Source of the DNA: Trichodelitschia bisporula
Taxonomy: Eukaryota
Length of the DNA: 64,000 bases
NCBI GenBank assembly: GCA_010356995.1
Contig: ML996695.1
Span: 753,061-817,060, forward strand
Direction of reading: 5' to 3'
Shown: one piece after another, positions 49,388 to 63,036 of the stretch
Layout of the letters: each line of letters opens with the position of its first letter
Position numbering within the stretch: position 1 is the first letter of the stretch
Notes under the pieces: generated by a model
Told to the model about the DNA's origin: nothing
Databases searched by the model: none
What the model saw: only the letters and a program-made list of their open reading frames with translations
Program-made: the position numbers and the translations under genes

Positions 49388-50803
49388 AATTTCGGATAAC
49401 TGCGATAGCATGGTATAAGGATAAAGCACAAGATGCGGTGCAGAGGCCTGCAGTTGGGCAGCGCAAAGGTGCGTAGGTTGAAGTGACGGCCTCATGCGCG
49501 ACCTCTCATATGACAAGGTGGAACTTACCTAAACTGGGCCCGGGGGGGGTCGGCGCCTCGAAGTTAGGGCGCTGCATTTGGAAACAAGTGCCTTGTCTCA
49601 GTGAGTCGATAAGGTCCAAAAGAGCGCGTCGCAAAGGTGATGCTCAGATTGGAAGGACGAGAGTGGTTGGGAGAGAGGGGTGTTGGGAACGGAGGGAGGG
49701 ACAAGTGAGGTGTCATGCAAGGAGCCGATGGGGAGCTGGAGTGGCTTTGTTTGGCAAACGGGCGGTGCTCAAGGAGTACAACTTCACATAACAGGAGACA
49801 GGGGAGCCAACGAGGAGAGATCTGCGAGATATGTGGTTAAAGGTGAAGACAGCAAAGGGAAGTGGAGATGTGGTTGAATATGTGGTCCCAACATCCCAAA
49901 GGGCAAGTGGAAATGGAGGGAGGGGGACGATGATGAAGATGGAGGAGAAGTCGCAGCAGAGGTCGCAAAGTGTCACGCTGGAAGTCCGGGGGAGGGAGGG
50001 GGGGAGGGGGACGCGGGGCTGAGGCCCGACCGCCAATCAAGATAGAATCAAGGCACCAACCCAGGCACCAATCACGGCGTCATACGTTGTACAACAATAC
50101 TGATCACTCTGGTCTCTTGTTCTCTATCAACATCTTCACTTCTGATGTAGCGAACTCTTACTGTCCATTTCTGGCGACAGGGTAGAGTAGCGGTATCTGA
50201 AGAATCGCGCCTTTGGTGTTGAGCGGAATGGCCGGCGTGGCTGGAGGTCCTTGAGCCGTGGTGCTGACGAGCAGATCTTGAACCTCATCTGGAACTCATC
50301 GCCACTGCAGGTGACCTCCCAAAAGAGGTCTGATCCAAGGTCGATAATACTGACTGGGTACTTGTATCTAGTATCAACCCTTCAGCTGACCAGACCTGAG
50401 GTTGAAGGTCTCAAGCCAACCGGGAATCGAGCGTAACTTATTTCTGTCGCCTTCACGCGTGCATCGGTCGACGGCGACAGGTTGACAGCGTAAACTCAAG
50501 AGAAACTCGATGAACTACACGACTAGTCTCTCATCGCCACCGTGTGTAATCCAATATCCGGTGCTTCTAACGTCCCCTCACTCCCCCATCACAGCAAGCG
50601 ACGAAAGCATCACTCCCCGCGGCACAATGTACCCCCGACCCGGCCCCTCCACCAGTGCTCCACTCAGCCTTCTATGACGACTCTCCACCCCTACCCCACT
50701 TCCTTTCAACTGACTCAACCTTTCTACGTTACCCCTCGGGCCTCGACACCAAAAGCTTCGCCCCCCCACTCCACCTCAAGAACAACTCCCGTGCACCCAC
50801 ATC

Positions 50804-51536
50804 ATGGCAGGCAAAAAGACGGCAGGCGAAAACAGCAAAAAGGCGTCCGGCCAAGCCCGCAAAGCCGAAGCCGCCGCCGCAAAAGTCGCATCTAAAGACC
50901 GCGAAGTGGGCACCCGTGAAGAAGCCGAGTGGAACAAAGGGGCCAAGGACACAAGCAAGAAGTACGCTCCCGCTCTCCACTGTCCCTATCCGCCTCTGCT
51001 AACCGCATCACAGGGAAGCCGCCGCCGCCAAAGCCGCCGAAGCCGCGCGCAAAAAGGCTGAGAAAGCCGCCCTCGCTGCCGAAGAAGAAGCCTCCCTCCC
51101 CAGCAAGCCAAAGGGTAACGCCAAGGTCGCCGTAAAGAAGAATCAGAATCGCGGGTTGGATCTGGCGCAGCTCGACGCGCCGGAGGCGTCTGGCAAGAGC
51201 GCTGCGACATCACTCAACGCCACCGGTATTGACAATGCGCTCGATGCGCTGAGCCTCACGGGCAGCGCGAACGACTCCGTCGATCGCCATCCCGAGCGCC
51301 GCTTCCCCGCTGCGTACAAGGCCTACGAGGAGCGCCGACTGGAGGAGATGAAGGACGAGAAGGGTCTGCGCCGCCAGCAGCGCATCGAGCTTATCCGCAA
51401 GGAATTTGAGAAGCACCCCGACAACCCCTATAATCAGGTCGCTGGTCGCTTCAATTCCACCAAGGATGAGTTGGCGCAGCTGCGCGAAGTGGAGCGACTC
51501 AAGGTCGAGAGGCGGTTGGCGGGCGATGTGTCGTAG
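50804..51536 (+). CDS. CCDC124: CCDC124/Lso2/Oxs1-family ribosome-associated coiled-coil protein
   Basis: Exons 50804-50961 and 51014-51536. Motifs 'GENSKK..G.ARKA', 'ATGIDNALDAL', 'DRHPERRFPAAY..YEERRL', 'EFEKHPDNP.NQ'. Confidence 0.92.
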
Positions 51537-52423
51537 GGCGCGGAATGAACATTGGGCGTTGGGTACACCTGCGGCGGGAATGAGTTATGATCTGGTTTGG
51601 CCGGTATGGCTGGGCTGCTAGGGTAGCGCTCGTCCTAGGGAATAGGATACGTTTGAACACCCTCCATATTCGGTGGCACAGGCAGTGTTAAATGTTGGTC
51701 GTATTCAAGCGACATAGAAGCGGTGGCGATTCCGCGTACACTTTCGTCCAATACCCGAGTAAATAGACAAAGCCGCCATGGAGCAGTCTCTACCCGACCA
51801 GGCGCTCCGGAGCCTTCCCGACGTTAAACAGAAGAAGAGAAAAGCGACCAATGAGATAGACATCCCATCCTGTTCCCTGGTGCCAAAAGATAAGAACAGA
51901 AGCAGAGCGGAACTCCATGCTAAAGAGCACGTAACATAACGCAAGCGGACCACTCCCTCCGGCTTGCCAGGCCGGATACCCAAATCCCAAGTCCCGCGCA
52001 GAGCGCCAGGAGCCCAACAGTCGAGCCGAGAAAGGTCCATATTAAAAGATATTGACAAATTTGCGCTTGGACTCTTTCAGTCTGGTTCAAAAGCAGCATT
52101 AACAGAGAAGAAAGCTGACAAAAAAAGCATCCTGGGGCGTGAATACAGAACAAAAGCGCATAAGTCAAAACAAAAAGTCCGCGCTATGCCCAACCCCAGA
52201 ACAAGTATATAGAACGCCGGTCGAAAATGCATGAAACTCGTTTGCTAAGCGTTGCAGCAAAAGTGACGTGGAGTTGCGAGAGGGGAGTTGTGAGGGGCGC
52301 CAGCCGTCAAGCATCAAGCTCGCGGGGGCCGCAGGAGGGGGAGGGTGAGGGGGTGGAGTGGGGGGGTTGACGAGAGGAGTTGAAGTCAAAGAAGCATCAG
52401 TCTCTGCAGAAAAAAACCAACGG

Positions 52424-53440
52424 TCAGTAACCCGCATCGAAACTATTCCTCACACCCGCCGCCGTCGGATGCCAGGCGGGCGGCACAGGTACCTGGGGTG
52501 GAGCGTTTCCTCCTCTGCCGGAGACGACGTACTCTCTGCTCTCCCTTCTCTTGCCGGCCGGACGTTGTGAGTTCGGACCGGGAGTCTGGGGTGGGGCGGG
52601 AGTTTCCCTGCCCTTTACTCGGCGCGAGGCAGACCGCTGCAGGCCCATGGCGCGGATGTTCTCCTCGATAGAGTCGGAGCGCTCGCGCTCGGCCCTGCGA
52701 GGCGGCGGCTTGCGCGTGTCTTTCTTGGGCGGAGCCGTGGCTGAGCGTTGCGGCAGCGACGCGGGATGCGAGGGCGCAGTGAGCAAAGGCGGCGGTGCCA
52801 GCAAGGAGCCGCCAAACGGCACCTCGACGTCCTTTGGCATGGTGACGTTTACTTGGGAGTAGTAGTGGTTCAAGACCTCGGGGTAACGAATAACACACGC
52901 CTTCCAGTCAGCATCAATACCGCGCTTCAGATCCGCGTCCGCATCCGCAATCTGGCGTTGTAGCTGTGCAACGAGATGCGGGTGCAGAGGAGGTCGTCCG
53001 CGATACTGCTCGTAAATGGGCCAGTAGGGCAGCGACTGGAGGTAGGCGGAGTGATTTGCCTTTCGCACTGCCTTATGTTGCTTGAAAAGACTCGTGATGA
53101 AAGAAATAGCGTTGTTCGTAACCCACTCTCTGCTCACATGGAAAACAGCAATCAGCGTCTGTGCTTTCTAGATAGGCGTGGGGATGCGACACAGGGAAGT
53201 TTAAAAAGACTACGATCAACACGCCGCAAAAGACGAGGGGAGAGGGGAGAGGGGAGAGAGGGGATTTGGTGGGCACCTTGGGGTCATTTCCGCATACCTG
53301 GTTCTCGCAATCCATGTTTCTATCCACCTCTTCTCAGCTTGGTCGATAGCTATCTTGAGCCGATCTCCCTCACAAGGGCACTCCGGGTCGCCAGGCCCAT
53401 TGCAAATGGCGCAATTTGGTGTGTAGTCCCGTCTATCCAT
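52424..53440 (-). CDS. Conserved fungal hypothetical protein with an N-terminal Cys cluster (CAIC...CPC)
   Basis: Exons 53440-53298 and 53129-52424 (GTATGC donor, CAG acceptor). Helical core 'LKRGIDADWKACVIRYPEVLNHYY' and a Pro-rich tail. Confidence 0.82.
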
Positions 53441-56362
53441 ATTGTCGAGTGTGTAACAAATGTGTTTAAGAGAAGACACGGGTGCTTCTTGTCTCGAGAT
53501 GCAACGGGAGTAGGGGGGGAGGTGGGTGTGGTGTGGGTCTTATGAAGGACGGGTGCTGAACCAGTGTTGGGCTGATGCGTGACGGGGCGGCTGGTGAGAG
53601 GTGGTGACGTTTGCTGGCAGCAAGCGGTCGTTGCTAGGGGTTGGACGTGCGTGTGTGGACTGGTGGGGAGGGGGGTGGCACCGTACGGCGAAAGGTGCAC
53701 AGCAACAGATGACTGATGCAGGCAATGGAGAGGTGGTCGTTACACGAAGAAGTGTAAAGTGCGGGAGGAAGGATGACTTAAGATGGACGCAGCTATCGAT
53801 GGGGGGGAGACGATGGGTTAGGGTGGCGGGGGGGGGGGGCGTATATTTGTGGGTTGGGTGTTCCGTGTTGATGGTTGATGGAGTGTGGGGGAGGCGAGAA
53901 GGCAACGATGAAATGATGAGATGAATGAGGGGAAGAAGCCAGAGGAGGTGGAAGATGAGAATAGGTTCAGATGTTTAGAGGCAGATGCGGAACATCGTTT
54001 GTTTTTAGAGTCTTCGGGGGTGGCAGTGGTGTGGAGAGTGAGAAGGGAGGGCTGGGGAGGGGGGGTGGGGGAGTGAGTTCAAGCTCCAACGTGAGAGGAC
54101 GGGCGGATGGACGAGGAGGAGTTTGAGTGGAGAGTCGACGAGAGAGGAAATGTGGAGAGAGAAGATTGAAAGACCAGACAGACGCGCGAAGAGGCCACGA
54201 ATGGAAAAAATGGAGGGATGGGCGGAACAAGGGAAGGCAAAGCGCGAATTGAGTGAAGTTGACGAACAACGCTTAGACGCTTCTACTTCGCGTTCCTCAC
54301 GTCTCAAAGCAACAGGCGTCGAAGCATCCAGCGTTAAGCGTAGAAGAGGCGTCAAGCTGCACGCATCACACACTTCTACTTCTCTCTTTCTCCACACTTT
54401 CTCCACACACCGGAAACAAGCAGCGAAAAGTACCAAGCAAAAGAACACGCGCAAGTAGCATCAAAGCATCCAAGCACAGCAAAGCAAAGCAAGTACGAGT
54501 AACGCGATGCGGCGTGCCCGGCACGAGTCCGAAGCGTGAGGCGTGAGGCGGCCAGCTCAGCGATCGGATGCGGAGACGGAGCGAGACGAGACGAGACGAG
54601 GCGAAGAAACCAAAAAGGGAGACCAGCGAGAAGTTGACCAGTCGCGTGTCGTTGCCGTGGCTAACTGGCGCTCTTCTGGCGCTGGCCCATGGCGAGGCCT
54701 GGCATGGGTTGTTGGTGAGAAGGGAGGGGTGTTGATGAGGGTTGATGGAGGGGATGCAACTTTTGTTGCAGGCATAACAACCTACAGTACTGTAGACTGG
54801 CGGAACCGGGGCCAGAAATGAAGATAGTTGGGATTGTTGTTGGTGCCATCTCGCAGCTGGACCTCTAGATCCTCTGGACCTCCGGTGACTTCTGATGGAG
54901 AGAAGACGAAACGCTGTCACGCCGAAGCCAGTGACTTGGCCTTCCTCGTGCCCCATTGCTGCTTGTACACGCCTACAACAAGCATATGGAGTGTGTAAAC
55001 TCTCCACACGATGGCAGGCTCTGTGATATGTGCAGAGCTGCATTGGGTGGATAGAATGGGATAGGCTACCGTACTTCAAGCATAGGACTACTGTATACTC
55101 ACCTAAATAAGGCCGAGTACAGTGAGCAGTGATAACTCGACAAGCTTGCCGACCTTCTTCGACAAGCATTTCAACTGGCCACTTGAATACTCTGCGCAAG
55201 CAAAGACATCTCGAGAGCTACCAAATCTTAGTCCATATGCGGCTTGCCGGCAGCTAGTATCTCCTGCCAGCTGGGCGGTGTGTACGGCACCGATACTCCG
55301 AAGTAAGTACTCAGTACTCCCGAGTTGGCATCAAAACGTACCGAAGACGTGCCCTCGGTACGTCTTGCTCTGGACAAGTGCAGTATATTGCGGAAAGTGG
55401 AATGCGGAACTGCAGAACGGAACTGCAAGAATAATGAGATGCAAGGGTACTGTAGCAAGGGTGACAAGGTCCAGCAAACAGCTCATCAACAACAGCTCAA
55501 CAACAGCACCAACAGTTGTCACCAGCACAACCTAAGGAGGCCTCAATGCCCGTAGCGGGTCGTGATGGTCCACCCCACAAACATGGCGCCTGTGAGGCCC
55601 TGGACAACAGCGTATCCCCTCTCTTCTAGCGATGTGCTGCGTTGTCCAGCTCCATCAAAGCTGCAACTCTAATGCATCGTCGAGCAGTAGCATGTCCTAG
55701 CACCACGGCAAGCCTGCATCATCTGCTGCTACGGGTATGACGGGACTGCTTGTTGAGGTGCGTCCTTTGAGAGGACATATCTCGAGAAAAGCGAGCCTTC
55801 TCCGCATAAATCCTACTGCATCAACCTCCACACCCCGCTGCATAACCCCACACAACCTTCTCCTCTGTCTTCCTCTCCCCTTCTCCCCTCTGAATCTGGA
55901 CGCGGGCTGCGAGGTAGTCAGGTGGAGTCGTATCCCCCGGAACCCCGCGATGCTTTCTCCTTGCCGCCACCTTCCACCTCTCACCTCCCTCCTTCATTTT
56001 CTCCCCCTTCACTCACCCATCGCAAGGGAAAATAGACTTCGGCAACCAGCGGCAGCTCAGCAGCTATAACCCACCCCCATCGACAGTTCGGCATGTGATC
56101 TTCCATTGCACTTACCCGCTCTGAGAGAGAAAGTGGCCAAAAAATGCCGAAACAAGTCCTCCATTACGCCGACCCGACGCCAGCCGTAGATCCGTCATCC
56201 CGCCTCCGCCTCCCCCATGATCCCCCACATTAAGATGCTCGATCGTTGCTCGCCGCTTCACTTTTTTGCTCGTCTCTCCCCAATTACATCGTGCTGCATC
56301 TTAATGTCTGCTTTCTAGTTGTCCAGCTCATCTGTTTATCCAAAAAGCAAGAAAATACCCTT

Positions 56363-57815
56363 ATGACCTCCACGTCGATGATGATGATGATGATGCCGTC
56401 TCCCACCCGCGCCGCCTCCGCCGTTGCACCTCTCCTCCGCACCCCGCGTCCCCGCCATATTCCGTCATCATCTGCTGTCCGCCGGCCATTCTCCTCCTCT
56501 CGTCGCCAAAGGCAAGAAATACAGGATGCATACATCCTCAGCGCCTCGCGCACACCAGTTGGCACCGTACGTGACCTGCCTTCCGCCTCACCCCCCCGAT
56601 CGTTGATCTTCACCGCAACCCCCACACACCCCCACCAACCATGCTGATGAAACACTTTCCCAGTTCAACGGCGCCTTCACCAGCGTGCCGGCGACGCGCC
56701 TCGGCGCCACAGCCATAAAATCCGCCCTGGATAAGTCCACCGTCCCAGCCGATGCCCTATCGGCCGTCTACATGGGTCAGGTGTTGCAGGGCGCATCGGG
56801 ACAATCGCCGGCGCGCCAGGCTGCCCTCTTCGCCGGTCTGCCGGACAGCGTGGAAGCGACGACCGTAAACAAGGTTTGCGCTTCGGGGCTCAAGGCGGTT
56901 AGCCTGGCCGCGCAGCAGATCCAGCTTGGCCAGGCCGATGCCCTCATCGCTGGCGGTATGGAGAGCATGACACGCGTGCCTTACTACCTACCTCGTGCGT
57001 CACTGCAGCCCGCATTTGGCGACCAGAAGCTCCAGGACGGACTCATTGTCGACGGTCTGTGGGACGTTTACAACGAGATCCACATGGGCAACTGCGCAGA
57101 GAACACAGCGAAGAAATTCAGCCTTACGCGCGAGGAGCAGGACAATTACGCCATTGAGAGCTACCGCCGCGCGCAGGACGCATGGGCCAAGGGTCTGTTT
57201 GACGAAGAAATCGCCCCAGTGACCATCAAGAATAAGAAGGGCGAAACCGTCGTCAAGGTCGACGAGCAGTTCAACAAACTCAAGCTAGACAAGGTGTCAA
57301 CGCTCAAGCCCGCCTTTGACCGCTCCGGCAACGGTACCATCACCGCGGCCAACAGCTCGCCGCTCAGCGACGGCGCCAGTGCGCTGGTGCTCGGCTCCCG
57401 CGCCATTGCCGGCCAATACGGACAACAGTCGCGCGTACTAGCGCGCATCGTATCCTATGCCGACGCCTCGGTTGCACCCATCGACTTCCCCATCGCGCCC
57501 GCCGAAGCCGTACCCGCGGCTCTGGCGCGCGCTTCCCTCAAGACGAGCGACATTGCCGTCTGGGAGTTCAACGAAGCGTTTGCGGCCGTGATACGCGCCA
57601 ACGCGCGCATCTTAGGTCTGGGAGACGAGGCGCGGGTCAATCCACGTGGCGGCGCGATTGCCCTAGGTCATGCACTTGGGAGCTCGGGTAGTCGGATTTT
57701 GGTCACGTTACTGCACCAGCTGGAGGTGGGCGAGTATGGCTGCGCGGCCATTTGCAATGGCGGCGGGGCGGCCACGGCGCTGGTGGTGCAGAGGATTGCG
57801 CCGTGCGACTTGTAG
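56363..57815 (+). CDS. Acetyl-CoA acetyltransferase (thiolase II), probably mitochondrial
   Basis: Exons 56363-56566 and 56664-57815. Motifs 'RTPVG', catalytic 'VNKVCASG', 'NEAF', 'GHALGSSG', 'CNGGG'. Arg/Ser-rich presequence 'RRPFSSSRR'. Confidence 0.95.
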
Positions 57816-60800
57816 ACGGCGCGGGTGGTATTGCGAGCCCGAGGGTGCCAGTTTGGCCTTGCCAGCGTCACCTTCGATATGCATTAGCATGCATGCTCGA
57901 AGCATCCGAGTATCCAATGGCCTGTAAGGCTTTGCCGGGCGCGCGGGGTTCTGTGGATGTACGAACTGGGACGGACGCACAGCAGGCAAGGGGGGGTCAT
58001 CGACGTGCTGGCAGGCAGCTGGCAGTGATGCCTTCGAAGAGGTAGCCGACCCTAAAATGTTCAAAATCGACCAAAGAATTTCAACGCCAACGCTGTGCTC
58101 GCATCGAATGGTGCTTGATTGATCTACACTTGCAAAGGCTGCTTCGTTCCAGCAGCGCTTTTGATGCCGTTGTGATCAGCCGGGGTTTTCCATGAGTAGG
58201 AAAGACATGATGTTCCGTGAGATGCGTGGCTTCGAGCATATGTGTCCACTACGGCGAGGCGGTATGTTTGAGACCAGGTGCAACCTTAAGCGAAGTTATG
58301 CTCGATATGGCCCGAGAGAGAGAACGCATCCCCTGGATTAGCTGCTTCCGCGCGCGCAACGTAACTCCCGGACTGCAGGCGCAGAGCGCGACGCTTGTCT
58401 CCGCATAAGACTGGACTAGGGATCTAGTCCGACACCAGCCCGCCCGGCACCGTGCATCCCGCCGGTCCAGCCGGAGATCGGCGGTTCGGGGTCTCGTCGT
58501 TCGCGTTCCTGGTACGTATTCACGCCGCTGTGGGTCACTGCATCGGCAAGAGCATCAGTGACTTCACGGCTCATGGAACACTCCTCCTACCGCACAAATA
58601 TCGGACTTAGCGGTTCATGTGCCGCTGTGAGGCTAGCGCCACGGCGTCTCTAGCGAGGAGCGGGCGCAGATTATCGATAGCTGTCCGAGACTTGGAATTG
58701 CCGCCGGGACTTTGTCATGGAGCGATCGAGATTTTCGGTAGACCCTCATAACGTACGAGGCGACGCTGCATCTTCACAGCTCTTTTTCTCCACGATCGCA
58801 GCCTTCGGATAAGGGAGATCTTGCGGCTCTCCAATAGAGAAATTCCTTTGCAGCGATTTTCCGTAAACCAAGGAATCAGACAATAGACAAGAGGGCACAC
58901 TGTGCAATTGGCCAGGGGTCGGCCTCCGGCCGCGCAGCCGCGTGCAGCGTGCGTCGCTGCGTTGTGTTGTGACTTGTGGCGCTCCGACGTCTGCGGGCAG
59001 CGCGCCACAGCTTGTCTTGGTCTTGGGTCGTCTGCAGGCCGTCAGTTGACCCACTCTGGACCGTAACGTGTACCAATCGACTCCTGACCGCATGTACGTA
59101 CAGAGTACGGATGGAATTTGCTCCTCACCTCATCAAATGTGTTGATGCCTTTGTACGACCAACATCACCAATTGATGTCACGACGCTTAATTTCGCTACC
59201 ACCTCTTTATCGGCATTCGCGAGACGGCTATCTCCAGCTCGTTGCCCGCGCTTTCATTCTCACCGCGTCCGACTTGCAGTACGCCGAACCCCTACCGCTG
59301 CTCCGTGCTAACGGCGAGCACGTTATGTGACCTGCAGCAGCATCAATGCTTTGAGTTTGACGCCGCAGGCCAGCGGCAGCCGCGGGATTATTCAGCTGCA
59401 GTGCCGGGTTGAGAAGACCCTCCAGCCTAAGCCATCTGTAGACAAGCTGACGGAGGCCGTCTTGAAGAGTTAACGCATTTCGGACGTCTATACGTGCAGT
59501 AGCGGTGCGCGTTCTGGAGACACAAAACATGGCATGACGCCGGCAGACCTCGAGCAGCACTTGCGACGTGCATTTCGGAGGGGCATGCTTCCTTTTTCTC
59601 TTTGCTGGCATGGCTGCATCTGTGATCATATTAGCAAGTATGAAGTAGAGAAGCCAAGAAATTCGGAGAATACGGGGACGTGTGGGGTGTGGAGATGACG
59701 AAAGCGGAGAGGTGGCCTCGCCTTTCTTTCGCCAGCAAGCTACCTCAGCTTCGGATCAGTCAGGGGCCGATTCGCTCAATGATGCGCCGAGAGTGCATAT
59801 TAAGGTTGCCACGAAATGGGAATCGCGATTGCACTGCACCTCTCCCGGGATGATAGGACGATGATGCCATCGTAGCTGGCTTCTCCACTGCAGAGCATCC
59901 GTCCGGGCAGACTGTCAGATCAGGCTGGGGACAGGATATGTGCGTGGAACTGATGCCGTGCTTGGATCTTGTGACCGCTTCCTTACAGATAAGGAATGCT
60001 AGGCCTGTAGAATGAAGACAAGTGATATAGCGCACCGTTAGGGCGCGTTGATGATGGCGAAGCAATCAACTGAAGTGATGTGGATATCGACCACTCAAAT
60101 ACCACAGTAGCTCAAGCGCTTGTCGAATATATGCCCTCGATCGAGCGATGCAACCATTGTGAGCTCATAGAGAATGGCGTTCAGGAGTCCGTTACTTTCC
60201 TCAATCCCTAATGTCGTATCAGCTCGGCTGCCTGAATGCCGGTAGAACGGTAGGCAGAATGATGGCCATTAAGACACCTGAGAAAGCCGACAGCATCTAA
60301 ATCATCAGATGATCCGACCACAGTGTCAAATCTTCTTCAAATTAGCTGTGAGACCATCTCTTCAACCTGTACGGAGTCAGGTCTGGAATCGTTGTAATGA
60401 ACCAAAATGTGATGGGGAAGCGCAAACAAGCCTAGGTGATTATTACGGGTCATCATTATGTGTGGAGGCATTACGATTGCGATAGGGTGCTCACCAGTGG
60501 GTCTCGCCAACTCTATCTCTTCATATCAGGTAAACGCCATGAAATCTGTAGTCTTCGGAGCTCGAGTTAAGGCCAATTGCCCCTACTATGCAGTTGAAGT
60601 CTTGGGAAGCCACTCTATGCCTTAGTTCCTCCGACGTCGTTACAACTTCAACATGCTTGTGATACGACCGACCACGACGGCCCATAGTTCATCGGCATGA
60701 AGCGGAGAGCAGTTCCGGACTTCAGTGGTTGTCAATGCTGAAATTGGAGGATATCGGTTCCGCCTCTGACCCAGAAGAAGCTTGGAAGCGTTGAGCTCCG

Positions 60801-62060
60801 GCTAATAACCAACAGGATACAAACAGCGCGCAATCCTCGTCAGCGATCCTTCGCAATGTGGGATTTGCAGGCTCCGCCGTATCTTCCAAAGTCCTGAACC
60901 TCGGATGTTTGAGAGGTCAGAAGATTTGCTCGTCCACATAGCGTTGCGTAACGAAGGCTCGGTTCAGTGACAGCTCGATCTCGACGAGTCATGCATCTTC
61001 ATCGTTGATTATCGGCGACACTATACATTTGAAGCGAAATAGCGCATTCATGACGCCCTGAGAGCTTTGGGGTCCACCGCGGAGCGGCCAGGTCACAATA
61101 TTCACAGCCTTGGGTAGACTAATGTAACCAAGTCTGCGACAGTCAATATCCGAGTTGCAAGGCTGAGCAGGGAACTGATGCCATACCCATAACAGAGAGC
61201 AATAAAGAAAAACTGGCCAATAGGATGAGTCTCGAAGTGACTAGTCGTCGTAGGAAAGCAATGACATGTTAGCAGACGGAACGCGATGCTGCCCTACTGT
61301 CACAAGTGCCTTGAGCGCGTCGGCTCCCTTCAAGAATATTGGGAAACGGTATCGGATTGCTAGGGTTAACGCCAGGATCTCGTGTCAAAGAGAATGTAGG
61401 AATTTGAGCTTGACCAGATACTGATTTCAGCAATCGATCGCAGCGACATCTCCAGTTGCGATGTCAAAGTGGAGCGAGAGACGTTACTTCCATCTGTCGT
61501 GAGTCACTGAGGGGTATTTCGTGACTGAGGCACCAAGGCAAGTAAAGAGGCTGGGCGGTGTGGCTGTGCAGGACCTGCATCGTCCCTAGGCCACAGAACT
61601 TCTTGCACCCCTTGTTTCATATCTTTGCGTACAAATAGGGGGGTAAAAAGGGGTGTCGCTTGGATGAAAGTGGAGGTACTGTTAACATACTCCAGCTTCT
61701 GATGGAGTTACTCTCATTCGACTGGTTGGAAGAATCGCCGTCGATGGCTAATTTGATATGTCGATGATCGGATACAGAGTGCCGGACTTCCATTGTGCCT
61801 ATGCCTTCAGAGCTCACAAAGGTATGGAGTCGATTCTACGAACTTCGCGCATAAAGCTGAGGGGGAGGACAACGCTCATTAGCAGCGGCCAAAATTGCGG
61901 GGGCTTAATAACAGCGCTCTTCATGACGCAACGAAGCAGATGCGACCGGAGGGGAATGTATCCTATTGCTGTCGTTGAGCTTGTATAGACAATGAACATC
62001 AAATCGTATCGACGCCGTTAAATGCTCAACCGTCCAATCCATAAGCACAGTATCGTACAA

Positions 62061-62630
62061 TCAATCCCAACTGCATCGCATGTCAGCCACGCTTCAGACA
62101 TACAAATAATGACTTACCCCTGATCCTTTTGCCGGAAAATATCACCACTCTGTCCCTTCTGCTTTCCAGTCTTGCCGCCTTCGACTACTAACCTGTCAAG
62201 CTGGTAGAACTGGCTTATGACCGTTTGCCGCTTTCGATGCGTCAGCACTGTCCTGTCGCCACTGTTTCGAAACCTCAGGGACACCGAGCTGCTGAGGGAT
62301 TACGTGGGTTAGGTAGCAGAGCATACCTTAAGGACCTGTAGTTCCCTCAAACCCTTTTGCAACAGCTCTTGCCGTACCCGCTCATCAGTATCCTTTTGGT
62401 GCTCCCGGAACGCATCTTTGGTCCTTCGCTTTGCGTACTCGCGAAAGTTGTACGAGGCAAACTGGTTCGACTGGCGCAAGAGCGATCGAAACTGGCGATT
62501 GTTCAGTTAGCTATGTTCGTTTTTTGAGAAGCAAACGGCCGTAAGCAAGTGAAGCTTCGTTCCGGATGCGAAACGGTGGACGTACTAATGACCGCGCTTG
62601 GAAAGCGAGGTCGCCCTGAATTGCTGCCAT
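62061..62630 (-). CDS. ISD11: LYR-motif protein Isd11/LYRM4 (cysteine desulfurase partner); missed by the ORF track
   Basis: Exons 62630-62586, 62491-62327, 62230-62118, 62070-62061. Translation [46 protein letters not shown]...[23 protein letters not shown]...QGWD. Confidence 0.93.
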
Positions 62631-63036
62631 AGCAAGCCTTGAAGGGATTAAGGTCGTTGGTTTTCACTTGTGAAGTGGCGCATTTGAGCCTCCGATTCCG
62701 CTGATGCGCGCGATGACTTCAGCGGAAAATTTGGCGGAGCGGGAAAACCCCGGCGAGCGTGCCGCTAGGGCTGCCGCCTAAGACGTCACCACAATGCTGA
62801 GAACAGTATTTTGGGGAATTGGGACAGTATTCGCATGCTATTTAAGCGCGGAGAAAGCCCATTAACAACGTCCAAACAAACCCCATGCGGTATTAATCCC
62901 ATGAACTCCGTACTGGACCAAGCAACACGTACGCCCGACTGATGCAAATGCTCTAATTTACATAGGCGAATCCTCATTGATCACCCTATTGTTGGTATTT
63001 CTGTTGAATCGCCCGAATCTGTTCCTCAAGATTCAT

